NCBI GenBank assembly: GCA_964350985.1
Contig: CAYGLK010000001.1
Coordinates: forward strand, 91,018 to 155,017
Source of the DNA: an uncultured Candidatus Saccharibacteria bacterium
GTDB taxonomy: Bacteria; Patescibacteriota; Minisyncoccia; Phycocordibacterales; UBA918
Reading direction: 5' to 3'
Length of the DNA stretch: 64,000 nt
Positions 15,834 to 25,963 of this stretch are shown in pieces (within the stretch, counting starts at the first letter, position 1; each line of letters begins with the position of its first letter). Both the position numbers and the translations under genes were made by a program. Below the pieces are notes generated by a model. It was not told the DNA's origin, did not search any database, and saw nothing but the letters and a program-made list of their open reading frames with translations.

Positions 15834-18800
15834 ATGGATACAACACATAAGGATCGTACAATCTCAGTTGGTAATTTACCTCAAAAGCGGTTTGAGGTTA
15901 GTCCACAGCCGAGAATTCCATTACCAGATTTGATCGAACCACAACACGAGTCATATCGTTGGTTCATCGAAACAGCTCTTAAAGAAATCTTTACCGAGTT
16001 TTCACCTATCAGTGACTACTCAGAAAAGAAATTTGAATTAAAGTTTAAGAAGTATGAACTTGGTTCACCTAAATGTACTCCAGAGCAAGCTAAAGAAAAT
16101 AAACTAACTTACGAAGCTCCACTACGAGCGCACGTGATTTTGAAGAACAAAACTTTTGAATCTGACAAGGATCAAGAGATTTTCATGACGGACCTACCAG
16201 TAATGACTGAGCAAGGAACTTTCATCATCAATGGTGTAGAAAGAGTTATTGTGCCTCAGCTAGCACGTTCTTACGGTATCTTCTTTACTCAAGCTGAATC
16301 AAAAGGAAAAACACTTTTTGGTGCCAAGATTATTCCAGCTCGTGGCGCTTGGGTAGAAATCGAATCTGAAGCAGACGGAGTTATCTATGTAAAGATCGAC
16401 CGAAAGAAGAAATTCCCAATCTCTTCTCTTTTGCGCGTTCTTGGTGTTGATAAGGAAAAGGACATGATTGAGCTTGTGAAAGGTGTACCTCGAGGAGAGG
16501 AATACCTAAAGGCGACAATCGCTAAGGACCCAGCTCTAACTAAAGACGAGTCTTATATTGAAATCTACAAGCGTCTACGTGACGGGGACTTAGCTACTGT
16601 TGATAACGCTCGAGACTTTGTTAATTCTATTTTTGCTCCAGAACGCTACGACCTTTCTGAAATCGGACGACACCACTTCAACGAACGATTTGGCCGACCA
16701 ATCGACAAAAAAGCTACTGACGAACGAACTATCTCAATTGAAGATATGCGTTTGATCATGACTCACATCATCACTCAAAACCACGAACCAGGTGCTTTGG
16801 CTGACGATATCGACCACCTAGGATTCCGACGAGTACGATACTTTGGTGAAATGCTCCAACAACGAGTGCGTGTTGGTATGACTCGAATGAAGCGAAATAT
16901 TCAAGACAGAATGTCTACTATCGAAGCGGAAACTTCTTTGCCGATGCAGATCATCAACCCACGTCCGCTACAAGCTGCGATTAAAGAATTTTTCAGTACT
17001 AACCAGCTTTCTCAATTCTCACAACAACAAAACATCCTAGCTGAGATTGAACACTTGCGTACTTTGTCTGCTTTAGGTCCTGGTGGACTTACTCGAGAAC
17101 GAGCTAGTTTTGAAGTACGTGACATTCACCCAAGTCACTATGGTCGTCTTTGCCCAATCCACACACCAGAAGGTCCAAACATTGGTTTGATCTTGCGTCT
17201 TTCAATGTACTCAAGAGTAAACCGTTTCGGTATCATCGAAACTCCTTACGCTAAAGTAGAAAAGGGAGTTGTTACTGACGAGATCGTTTACTTCAATGCT
17301 CATGAAGAAGAAAAGTTCAACATTGCCCATGCGGCGATTGAACTTGATTCACACGGAAAGATTAAGTCTGACTTTGTCGAAGCTCGAAAGAAAGGTGACC
17401 CAAGAATGATTGCCCGAAAAGATGTTGAATACATCGATATTGCAACTAACCAACCTTTCTCAGTAGCGACTTCAATGATTCCTTTTTTGAATCACGACGA
17501 CGCCAACCGTACTCTGATGGGTTCAAACATGCAGAAGCAGGCGACTCCTTGTCTAGTACAAGAGGCGCCGTTGGTTGCGACTGGAGTAGAAGGAATGGTA
17601 GCTCGAGATACAAGTCGAGTGATCTTTGCTAGTGAAGCTGGAGAAGTGGTGGAGTGTGACGCTCGTCATGTTGTAGTTAAGGATAAAGACGGAAAGAAGA
17701 AAGACTATCCTTTAACAACTTTTCAACGAACAAACGACTTCTCTGCTTTCTATCACCGTCCCGCTGTAACTGTTGGAAAGAAGGTTAAGCGAGGAGACTT
17801 GCTAGCTGATACATCATCAACTGACAATGGTCAGATTGCGGTAGGGCAAAATGCTCTAGTAGCTTTTATGAGTTGGAATGGTGCTAACTACGAGGATGCG
17901 ATTGTTATTTCAGAAAGACTCGTAAAGCAAAGTAAATTCTCAACCGTACACTTAGACGAACTTGATGTTTCTGTTCGAGATACAAAGTTAGGTCCAGAAG
18001 TAACTTCTTCTGACATTCCTAATGTGTCTGAACTTAAACTACGAAACCTAGATGAAAACGGAATTATCCGCATCGGAGCTGAAGTACGACCAGGAGATAT
18101 TTTGGTTGGAAAGGTAACTCCAAAGGGAGAAACTCAACTAACTCCAGAAGAAAGACTACTACGTTCTATCTTTGGTGAGAAAGCTAAGGATGTTAAAGAT
18201 ACTTCTCTTCGACTCGAAGCAGGAAAGCGTGGTCGAGTAATTGGAGTAAAAATCTTCTCACGAGAAAACGGTGACCAACTAGAAAGTGGTGTTATCAAGC
18301 GAATCCACATTACTGTGGCGCAAGTTCGTAATGTTTCTGTTGGAGATAAGTTGGCTGGACGTCACGGAAACAAGGGAGTTATTTCTCGAATTCTTCCTGA
18401 AGAAGACATGCCATACACAGAAGACGGACAACCAATCGACCTACTTCTAACACCGCTTGGAGTACCTTCACGTATGAACCTTGGTCAGATTCTTGAGCTG
18501 CACTTAGGAATGGCTGCTAATACTCTTGGCTACCAAGCTATCGTACCGCCATTTGCTGGAGCATCAGAAACTCATGTTAAGGCTGAACTTAAAGCAGCTG
18601 GTCTACCAGAAGATGGAAAGATTCAACTACGTGATGGTTTGACTGGAGTCGAGTTTGCACAAAAGACAGCTGTTGGATACATGTATATCCTTAAGCTGCA
18701 CCACATGGTGGAAGACAAGATCCACATGCGATCAATTGGGCCGTACTCTCTTATTACTCAGCAGCCACTTGGAGGAAAGGCGCAGGTTGGAGGACAGCGA

Positions 18801-19052
18801 TTTGGAGAGATGGAAGTGTGGGCGCTACTTGGATATGGAGCGGCCTATACTTTGCGGGAAATGTTGACTATCAAGTCAGACGATATCGTGGGACGATCGG
18901 CTGCTTTTGACTCGATTGTTCGAGGTGAAAAGATCAGTCATCCACATACACCAGCTGCCTTTAACGTACTTATGAACCAGCTTCGAGGATTATCTCTTGA
19001 CGTCAAATTGACGAGAGCGGAGAAACCAAAGCGTGATTATGAATCTGCATAA
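15834..19052 (+). CDS. rpoB: DNA-directed RNA polymerase subunit beta
   Basis: 1072 aa. Conserved RpoB blocks, e.g. NMQRQAVP-like GSNMQKQATP and GDKLAGRHGNKGV. Confidence 0.95.
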   Translation: MDTTHKDRTISVGNLPQKRFEVSPQPRIPLPDLIEPQHESYRWFIETALKEIFTEFSPISDYSEKKFELKFKKYELGSPKCTPEQAKENKLTYEAPLRAHVILKNKTFESDKDQEIFMTDLPVMTEQGTFIINGVERVIVPQLARSYGIFFTQAESKGKTLFGAKIIPARGAWVEIESEADGVIYVKIDRKKKFPISSLLRVLGVDKEKDMIELVKGVPRGEEYLKATIAKDPALTKDESYIEIYKRLRDGDLATVDNARDFVNSIFAPERYDLSEIGRHHFNERFGRPIDKKATDERTISIEDMRLIMTHIITQNHEPGALADDIDHLGFRRVRYFGEMLQQRVRVGMTRMKRNIQDRMSTIEAETSLPMQIINPRPLQAAIKEFFSTNQLSQFSQQQNILAEIEHLRTLSALGPGGLTRERASFEVRDIHPSHYGRLCPIHTPEGPNIGLILRLSMYSRVNRFGIIETPYAKVEKGVVTDEIVYFNAHEEEKFNIAHAAIELDSHGKIKSDFVEARKKGDPRMIARKDVEYIDIATNQPFSVATSMIPFLNHDDANRTLMGSNMQKQATPCLVQEAPLVATGVEGMVARDTSRVIFASEAGEVVECDARHVVVKDKDGKKKDYPLTTFQRTNDFSAFYHRPAVTVGKKVKRGDLLADTSSTDNGQIAVGQNALVAFMSWNGANYEDAIVISERLVKQSKFSTVHLDELDVSVRDTKLGPEVTSSDIPNVSELKLRNLDENGIIRIGAEVRPGDILVGKVTPKGETQLTPEERLLRSIFGEKAKDVKDTSLRLEAGKRGRVIGVKIFSRENGDQLESGVIKRIHITVAQVRNVSVGDKLAGRHGNKGVISRILPEEDMPYTEDGQPIDLLLTPLGVPSRMNLGQILELHLGMAANTLGYQAIVPPFAGASETHVKAELKAAGLPEDGKIQLRDGLTGVEFAQKTAVGYMYILKLHHMVEDKIHMRSIGPYSLITQQPLGGKAQVGGQRFGEMEVWALLGYGAAYTLREMLTIKSDDIVGRSAAFDSIVRGEKISHPHTPAAFNVLMNQLRGLSLDVKLTRAEKPKRDYESA

Positions 19053-19062
19053 ATAATTATCT

Positions 19063-22000
19063 ATGTCTAAAACACAACAATTCACAAAGCACACTCCGGC
19101 TCTCGCTGACATTAATGAAATTAGTTTAAAGCTAGCTTCACCTGAAACTATTCTTGAATGGTCACATGGAGAGATCACTAAGCCTGAAACAATCAACTAC
19201 CGAACACAACGTCCTGAAAAGCACGGTCTTTTCGACGAAAGAATCTTTGGACCAGTAGAAGACTACGAATGTTCTTGTAAGAAGTATCGTGGTATTCGTT
19301 ACAAAGGTATCGTTTGTGAGAAGTGTGGAGTAGAAGTTACTCGCGCTATCGTAAGACGAGAAAGAATGGGTCACATTGATCTTTGTATTCCAGTGTCACA
19401 CATTTGGTTCTTACGTGGAGTACCAAGTCGAATTGCTATGATCCTAGGGATCACAGCTTCTGCTGTGGAGAAGGTAATTTACTTTGCTGGATACATCGTT
19501 ACAAAAGTAAGTGAAGAAGACCGAACTCGTCTACTTAGAGAACTTGATACTGAATTTAAGACAAAATTCAAAGCGCTACAGAACGAAGATGCTAAAGAAG
19601 CTTTGAAGACTCGAATGGAAGGAATGAAAAAGGAGATTGACAGTATTGCTCCTGGAGTTGTACTAGATGAAGCAAATTTCCACCGTTACTCAATCAAATA
19701 CAGTACGCTTTTTGAAGCGAAGATTGGAGCAGAAGCGATTTTTGAATTATTTAAAGCTGTAAAGATTGATGAGTTAATCAAGCGTCTTGAAACTGAACGT
19801 GAGACAGCTGGAGCAATGGAACGAGCAAAGCTTGATAAGCGTTTGTCTTTGATCCGAGGTATGTCTAACTCAGGCGTTCGTCCTGAATGGATGTTCCTAA
19901 CTCGAATTCCAGTTATCCCGCCAGCGATTCGTCCAATGGTAGCTCTTGAAGGTGGACGACATGCGTCTTCAGACCTAAACGACCTTTACCGACGTGTGAT
20001 CAACCGAAACAATCGTTTGAAGAAATTGATTGATATTCAAGCACCTGACGTTATTCTTCGAAACGAAAAGCGTATCTTGCAAGAAGCCGTCGATGCTTTG
20101 ATCGATAACTCAATTCGTCATGGTGGTGGAGCTTACTCAGCAATGAGTCAAGCACAACGCCGACCTTTGAAGTCTCTTTCTGATTACCTTAAGAGTAAGC
20201 AAGGTTACTTCCGACAAAACCTACTTGGTAAGCGTGTGGACTACTCTGGACGTTCTGTGATCGTTATTGGTCCTGAACTTGCTCTAGATCAATGTGGTCT
20301 ACCAAAGCACATGGCTCTGGAACTTTTCCGACCGTTTGTGATTGCTGAACTTCTAAAACAAGAACTTGCATACAACATTCGTGGAGCGGGAAGGTTGATT
20401 GAAGACGGAGTACCAGAAGTATGGGCAATTTTGGAAAATGTAATTAAGCCAAAACACGTTCTACTAAACCGTGCGCCGACACTTCACCGTCAAGGTATCC
20501 AAGCTTTCCGTCCAGTATTGATTGAAGGAAATGCTATCCAAGTTCACCCTCTTGTTTGTCGAGCGTTTAACGCTGACTTCGACGGTGACCAGATGGCGGT
20601 ACACGTACCATTGTCTGATGAAGCACAAATGGAAGCTCGAGAAATTATCTCTGCAAACAAAAACATCCTAAAGCCTGGATCTGCTGAGCCGGTTGTATCT
20701 GAAAAGCTACTTGATATGGCTTTGGGTGCATACTGGATGACTAAAGCAATGCCAGGCGCAAAGGGAGAAGGAAAGTTCTTCTCTTCACCAAACGATGCTA
20801 TTAACGCTTACGACTATGGAGTGATTGACTTCCGAGCGATGGTGAAAGTACTAGCGACAGACACTGATAAGTACAAGCAATACGAAGGAAAAATATTTGA
20901 AACTACTGTTGGGCGTTTGATCTTCAACAGTGTGCTTCCTTCAGACCATCCATTTATCAATGACGTGATTGTGCAGCGAACTATTTTTGCTGTAGTGATC
21001 GATATTATTGATGCACGTGGACCTGAAGCTGTACCAGCGATTGTCGACAAGCTTAAGAAACTAGGACTCAAGTATGCAACTCTATCTGGAGTAACTTGGG
21101 GAATTGATGAAGTAAGTGTGCCAAAACAAAAGCCAGCAATCCTTGAAAAGGCTCGTGTAGAAGAACGTGGTATTTTCGAAGCTTATGACGAAGGTTTGAT
21201 CTCACGAGACGAACGTCGTCGTATGATCGTGGAAGTTTGGCACCGAGCTAAGACTGAAATCGAACGAGTACTACCTGAAACTCTAGACGAAAACGGATCT
21301 GCCTATGAAATGTGGAAGTCAGGAGCTCGAGGGTCTCTAGGACAGATCGCTCAGATGGCCGGTATGAAGGGACTGATTGTAAACACTCGAGGTGAGACAG
21401 TTGAGTTCCCAATTCTTTCTTCAATGAAAGAAGGTATGTCACCGATTGAATACTTTACGACTACTCACGGTTCTCGTAAGGGTCTGGCCGATACAGCCCT
21501 TCAAACAGCTAAAGCTGGTTACCTTACTCGTCGTCTCTTCGTAGTAGCGCAAGACGCTATTGTGACTGAAGCTGATTGTAAGACTAAGCTTGGAATCAAG
21601 ATTGGTAGAATTTCAGCTTCTGGGATTGAAATTGCTTTCTCAAAGGCAATTAAGGGTCGAGTTTTGACTGAGGATGCAACTGATAGTAAGGGTCGAGTAA
21701 TCTTCCCGAAAGGACACTTGCTCACTCGTCTAGACGCTATATCTGTAGAAGAATCAACTTGTGAAAATGTTGGTGTACGATCACCGATGACTTGTAAGAC
21801 ACTTCGAGGAGTTTGTCAGCAATGTTATGGTGTTGACCTTTCAAGTAACAAGCTAGTTGATATCGGAGAAGCGGTAGGAACTGTTGCTGCTCAAGCGATT
21901 GGAGAGCCAGGAACACAGCTGACAATGAACACTAAGCACGCCGGAGGAACTGCGTCAGCTGGAGGAGACGTAACTTCAGGTCTTCCTCGAGTAGAAGAAG

Positions 22001-22725
22001 TATTTGAAAAGCGACAACCAAAGATTCCTGCAGTTGTTTCTAAGTGTGAAGGTCAAGTAGTTGATATTCGAACTGAAGGACGTGAGAAGATTGTGGTGGT
22101 AGCACCAGACATGACAGCAAAGGGCGCACCAAAGAAGAAGGATAACATCGAATACGAAATTCATTATCGTCGTGTAGTAACTGTCTCAAAGGGAGATAAA
22201 GTTATTGCTGGACAAATGATCACTGACGGATCAGCTCTCTTGCCTGAACTATTTAAGTTTGGTGGTCAAGAAGTAACTCAAGACTACATCATTGCTGAAG
22301 TAAACAAGATTTACGAACTACAAGGTGTAACTATTGCTCGAAAGCACATTGAACTTATTGTTAAGCAAATGATGTCTCGAGTGAAGATTACAGCGTCAGG
22401 TGAAAGTCCGTTTACAGTTGGTGAAGTTGTTGAAGAATGGATCTTTGTTGAAGCAAACATGAAGCTTAAAGAAGAAGGTAAAGAAGTAGCTAAGGCAGAT
22501 AAATTGATCTTGGGTATTACTGAGACTTCATTATCTCGAAAGAGTTTCTTGTCAGCTGCTTCATTCCAAAACACAACTCGTGTCTTGATCAATGCTGCTG
22601 TAAAGGGAAGTCACGATAATCTAGCTGGACTTATGGAGAACGTGATCATTGGTAAATTGATTCCTGCTGGATCTGGATTTAAGGGCAGCAAGAAGTTCGA
22701 TATGATCGAAAACATGCCTAAGTAG
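19063..22725 (+). CDS. rpoC: DNA-directed RNA polymerase subunit beta'
   Basis: 1220 aa. Zinc-binding CSCKKYRGIRYKGIVCEKCGV and catalytic NADFDGDQMAVH motifs. Confidence 0.95.
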   Translation: MSKTQQFTKHTPALADINEISLKLASPETILEWSHGEITKPETINYRTQRPEKHGLFDERIFGPVEDYECSCKKYRGIRYKGIVCEKCGVEVTRAIVRRERMGHIDLCIPVSHIWFLRGVPSRIAMILGITASAVEKVIYFAGYIVTKVSEEDRTRLLRELDTEFKTKFKALQNEDAKEALKTRMEGMKKEIDSIAPGVVLDEANFHRYSIKYSTLFEAKIGAEAIFELFKAVKIDELIKRLETERETAGAMERAKLDKRLSLIRGMSNSGVRPEWMFLTRIPVIPPAIRPMVALEGGRHASSDLNDLYRRVINRNNRLKKLIDIQAPDVILRNEKRILQEAVDALIDNSIRHGGGAYSAMSQAQRRPLKSLSDYLKSKQGYFRQNLLGKRVDYSGRSVIVIGPELALDQCGLPKHMALELFRPFVIAELLKQELAYNIRGAGRLIEDGVPEVWAILENVIKPKHVLLNRAPTLHRQGIQAFRPVLIEGNAIQVHPLVCRAFNADFDGDQMAVHVPLSDEAQMEAREIISANKNILKPGSAEPVVSEKLLDMALGAYWMTKAMPGAKGEGKFFSSPNDAINAYDYGVIDFRAMVKVLATDTDKYKQYEGKIFETTVGRLIFNSVLPSDHPFINDVIVQRTIFAVVIDIIDARGPEAVPAIVDKLKKLGLKYATLSGVTWGIDEVSVPKQKPAILEKARVEERGIFEAYDEGLISRDERRRMIVEVWHRAKTEIERVLPETLDENGSAYEMWKSGARGSLGQIAQMAGMKGLIVNTRGETVEFPILSSMKEGMSPIEYFTTTHGSRKGLADTALQTAKAGYLTRRLFVVAQDAIVTEADCKTKLGIKIGRISASGIEIAFSKAIKGRVLTEDATDSKGRVIFPKGHLLTRLDAISVEESTCENVGVRSPMTCKTLRGVCQQCYGVDLSSNKLVDIGEAVGTVAAQAIGEPGTQLTMNTKHAGGTASAGGDVTSGLPRVEEVFEKRQPKIPAVVSKCEGQVVDIRTEGREKIVVVAPDMTAKGAPKKKDNIEYEIHYRRVVTVSKGDKVIAGQMITDGSALLPELFKFGGQEVTQDYIIAEVNKIYELQGVTIARKHIELIVKQMMSRVKITASGESPFTVGEVVEEWIFVEANMKLKEEGKEVAKADKLILGITETSLSRKSFLSAASFQNTTRVLINAAVKGSHDNLAGLMENVIIGKLIPAGSGFKGSKKFDMIENMPK

Positions 22726-22744
22726 ATCCTACTTAAAGCATTAA

Positions 22745-22780
22745 AAAACAGGACGGCCTTCGGTCGTCCTGTTTTTTAAT
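22745..22780 (+). terminator. terminator after rpoC
   Basis: CAGGACGGCCTTCGGTCGTCCTG followed by TTTTTT. Confidence 0.7.
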
Positions 22781-22830
22781 AAAAATAAGTGACCATTGAC
22801 ACATTTAAAATCTAATGTAGCATTAAAATA

Positions 22831-24846
22831 ATGAACAGCTATATATTTAATAGCATATACATGTACGCCTTTAAGGTGCTTATAGTAGCAATCTTGCTAA
22901 TCTGCCTACCACTTGTTGTCTTGGCTCATTCTGAGGCTGTAGCGGGGCATTTTGACACTAATAAGGCTGTCCAGGATTTGGTTGTAAAGATTCAATCTAT
23001 TTCAGGAGAGGTAAGCGATTATGTTAATGAAGTAAGCACAATTAAGAAGCTGAAAAGTAGAAACGAACTCCTGACTGATCTAGCTGTTGTTAACCCGGCG
23101 GCATTCTTTGGTGCTATTTTCACTGACAAAGAAAGGGAAAAAATTCCTAAATTATTCACAGATAAGATTGAAGTAAATGTTACTCAGACTGGAAAAATAA
23201 GAGCCTTTCAAGTTGACGATTTTTCACGCCCAGAAAACTCCCAGACAGATTATTACCTTGAAGTTGATGGTAAAGAGTTCAGCCTTTATTCAGTCGTACC
23301 TTTGAGTCAGTTTGATCCAGGTTCTACCGTTACTGTAAGTGGTATCGGTTTAGATAATATCTTAGTTGCTAAAAATGTAACTGCTGCAGATACTTCTGTT
23401 AATACAGAATCAATTGGCGAACAAAAGACAGCAGTACTGTTGGTTGATTTTGAAGATTCTGTGGCGCAAAGACCTTTTAATATTAAGGAAGCCCAAGATA
23501 TTATCTTTGATAGTCAGTTTCAGAAGTTTTACCAAGAACAATCTTACGGAAAAATTAGTTTTGTTGGGGATGTTTTTGGCTGGTTTACTATACCGCGATC
23601 TATCAACAGGCTTAACTCTGCTTGTGGAGCTGTAACTATAAGTGAGATTGAGAATATTATTGTACAAAATAGTATTAACTTAGAAAAGTACGATCGCTTG
23701 GTTATCATGCCTAGCCATCCAAGTATCACAGGAGGCTGCTCTTCAGTGGGTAAGTACAACCAAGTTTTTAATGGAAAGAATTATTATATTTCAGTTTCTT
23801 GGATCGGAAATATAATTCAATATAACGAGCCTTCACAGTGGGGTAGCCAGCCGTTTTTGTGGACTAATTTAGATTATCTCTTAGCTCATGAACTAGGCCA
23901 TGCAATAGGACTCCCTCATGCCAATGGTTTAGATTGTCACAATGAAATTATTTACGGAAACAATTGCCAAGATATTGAGTATGGAAATGCTTTCGATACG
24001 ATGGGCAACATTAGTTACGGGCTTCATTTTAATGCTGTCTATAAAGATAAACTAGGTTGGCTTTCAAAGGAAAATTTAAAAACAATTTCCGCTAGTACAA
24101 AAGAAATTAAACTGAGTCCGCTAGAAACTGGAAAAGAAAATGCTGCTATAAAAATAATACTTGGAGATAAAAATACTCGAATTAAAAATAGTGTGTATTA
24201 TCTTGAGTATAGAAACCCAATTGGTTTTGATGCAAATTTAGGAAGAAAAGATTTGTTTCAGAATACTAGAGGAGTGTTTGTAAATAAAAATCCACTGTTT
24301 TCTACGGAGTCAAAGTTACTAGATATGACTCCGTCTGACTCTACTTCTTGGTACGCAGGCATCAAAAATACTACTCTTAATCCTGGCAAGGTTTTCATAG
24401 ATCCAGGTATGGGTATCTCTATTAAGGTCTTAGGAAGCTCAAATTTATCGGTCAGTAGAGAAAGTTCTCCGTCTGTAGCTGTTATTTATTCTGAGCCAGA
24501 GTGCCAAAATTTTGCTCCTAAGATTAATAATGCTTTTGCTTTACTCCACACATCAGCAGGTGCTACTGGTTACGTCAGTCTTCAGTATGAAAATGCTGAT
24601 TACTTTGGTTGTGGCGCTACGGACTTTGTGACGGAAATATCTTTACCAGAAGGTTGGTCCATAGCGCAAATGTATCCAGATTCAGGGAGTCAAAGGCTCG
24701 TACCTGAGCAACCTGCTTATAGTGACGTTTACTTCTACATTCCTTTTAATACCACTCCCGGCGCTTACTTTATTGAAACAAGAGTAAGAAATACTAGTAG
24801 CGGTCTAGTGAGTTCATATCCAACGAATATCTTTGTCTCAAACTAG
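22831..24846 (+). CDS. secreted zinc metalloprotease, metzincin-type
   Basis: N-terminal signal peptide (KVLIVAILLICLPLVVLAHS). HELGHAIGLPH exactly fits the metzincin HExxHxxGxxH motif. Confidence 0.65.
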   Translation: MNSYIFNSIYMYAFKVLIVAILLICLPLVVLAHSEAVAGHFDTNKAVQDLVVKIQSISGEVSDYVNEVSTIKKLKSRNELLTDLAVVNPAAFFGAIFTDKEREKIPKLFTDKIEVNVTQTGKIRAFQVDDFSRPENSQTDYYLEVDGKEFSLYSVVPLSQFDPGSTVTVSGIGLDNILVAKNVTAADTSVNTESIGEQKTAVLLVDFEDSVAQRPFNIKEAQDIIFDSQFQKFYQEQSYGKISFVGDVFGWFTIPRSINRLNSACGAVTISEIENIIVQNSINLEKYDRLVIMPSHPSITGGCSSVGKYNQVFNGKNYYISVSWIGNIIQYNEPSQWGSQPFLWTNLDYLLAHELGHAIGLPHANGLDCHNEIIYGNNCQDIEYGNAFDTMGNISYGLHFNAVYKDKLGWLSKENLKTISASTKEIKLSPLETGKENAAIKIILGDKNTRIKNSVYYLEYRNPIGFDANLGRKDLFQNTRGVFVNKNPLFSTESKLLDMTPSDSTSWYAGIKNTTLNPGKVFIDPGMGISIKVLGSSNLSVSRESSPSVAVIYSEPECQNFAPKINNAFALLHTSAGATGYVSLQYENADYFGCGATDFVTEISLPEGWSIAQMYPDSGSQRLVPEQPAYSDVYFYIPFNTTPGAYFIETRVRNTSSGLVSSYPTNIFVSN

Positions 24847-24879
24847 TTAAAAGAAGTTGCTTATTAATACTTTATTATA

Positions 24880-24919
24880 AAACTAGTTTATCTATCATCA
24901 GGGATAGATAAACTAGTTT
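24880..24919. promoter_or_regulatory. palindromic operator site a (TTATCTATC-N6-GATAGATAA family)
   Basis: AAACTAGTTTATCTATC-ATCAGG-GATAGATAAACTAGTTT, 17-bp perfect arms. Lies just 3' of the TrpR-like regulator gene. Confidence 0.6.
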
Positions 24920-24929
24920 TATTATTTTC

Positions 24930-25397
24930 TTACTTGTCCTTATTTAAAAGAATGTTGTCTGCGATACTAAAAAGTAAAAAGTGCATTGGATAACGACTTT
25001 TCAAATCAGTGAAACTTAGTGGAGACACGCGATTTCTGGAACCGCTAGATTTTTTGGACTTAGGCTTCTTTTGTTTATCTTTGACATCTCTATATGAAGG
25101 TAACTCTTTACTGATCCATTGTCTGATATTGCGAAAAGTATTAGGACTGATCTGTAATATCTCATTAACTTCATAATAAGTTGCACCAGTTAGTATCAAA
25201 CGTGCAATTACTATTCGTCTTCCAACCGCAAGACGTTCTTTTTCAGTCAAGACTTGTTGAATAAAAGAATTTACTGCAGCCTCACCTTTAAATTGACCGG
25301 CAGCAGCGGAGAGTGCGTCATTTATTAATTTATCCTCCTTAATTTGTCTCAGATTCATAAATAAAAATTTAATTAGTAACTCTCTATCTATCATCAA
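24930..25397 (-). CDS. TrpR/YerC/YecD-family DNA-binding regulator with basic C-terminal extension
   Basis: LTEKERLAVGRRIVIARLILTGATYYEVNEILQISPNTFRNIRQWI fits the YerC/YecD TrpR-like HTH. Start is ambiguous: TTG 25397, ATG 25394 or Met at 25358. The start overlaps operator site b. Confidence 0.6.
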   Translation of the reverse strand: MMIDRELLIKFLFMNLRQIKEDKLINDALSAAAGQFKGEAAVNSFIQQVLTEKERLAVGRRIVIARLILTGATYYEVNEILQISPNTFRNIRQWISKELPSYRDVKDKQKKPKSKKSSGSRNRVSPLSFTDLKSRYPMHFLLFSIADNILLNKDK

Positions 25398-25492
25398 TGA
25401 TAGATAGAGACCACACTATAAATACTATCATCAGTGATAGATAAAGAGAATCACATTGGTTTAATTTATCTATCCTCAATGATAGATAAATT
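25382..25492. promoter_or_regulatory. three tandem palindromic operator sites (b, c, d) over the regulator promoter/start
   Basis: b 25382-25409 CTCTATCTATC-ATCAAT-GATAGATAGAG; c 25421-25446 imperfect aCTATC-ATCAGT-GATAGATAA; d 25463-25492 AATTTATCTATC-CTCAAT-GATAGATAAATT. Confidence 0.6.
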
Positions 25493-25502
25493 TGATGCAG
25501 AA

Positions 25503-25958
25503 TCAATAACATATGTTTTTAAAAGACAAAACCCGGCAAGCGCAGGGCTTGTCAGGTTCTAAAGTTTGGTAAGTTGGTAGTAGATTTATCAGCCAAGTCT
25601 CTACAGTCGGTGTCCGAACTGCTTCAAATTTCTTCAGGCGCGGATTAGGAGTGTGATTGGTCCGAGAACAATGAACAAAAAAGCACCGCATACATATCCA
25701 AATTTGAACTGAAAAGTGGCGGAACTTTTGATGCGGAAGATCAATTTCCTCTTGTACCAAATCGAAATTGTACAAATGATAGAGCGAACCAGCCAAAAAA
25801 ACAGCAAACCATTGAGCAGAAAAGGGAGGAGGTAGGTCACGATTTTCTCCAAAGTGAGGGTAGGCGGGGTGGAACTTGTTTACAAGAACAATACAATACT
25901 TAGAATACAAGTCAATACTTTGGGCATAGTCTTTGTTTTCGCGTATAATGGCTGGCAT
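25503..25958 (-). CDS. hypothetical protein (151 aa)
   Basis: ORF divergent from dnaG; His/Cys-containing; no domain recognised by eye. Confidence 0.4.
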   Translation of the reverse strand: MPAIIRENKDYAQSIDLYSKYCIVLVNKFHPAYPHFGENRDLPPPFSAQWFAVFLAGSLYHLYNFDLVQEEIDLPHQKFRHFSVQIWICMRCFFVHCSRTNHTPNPRLKKFEAVRTPTVETWLINLLPTYQTLEPDKPCACRVLSFKNICY

Positions 25959-25963
25959 AAGAT

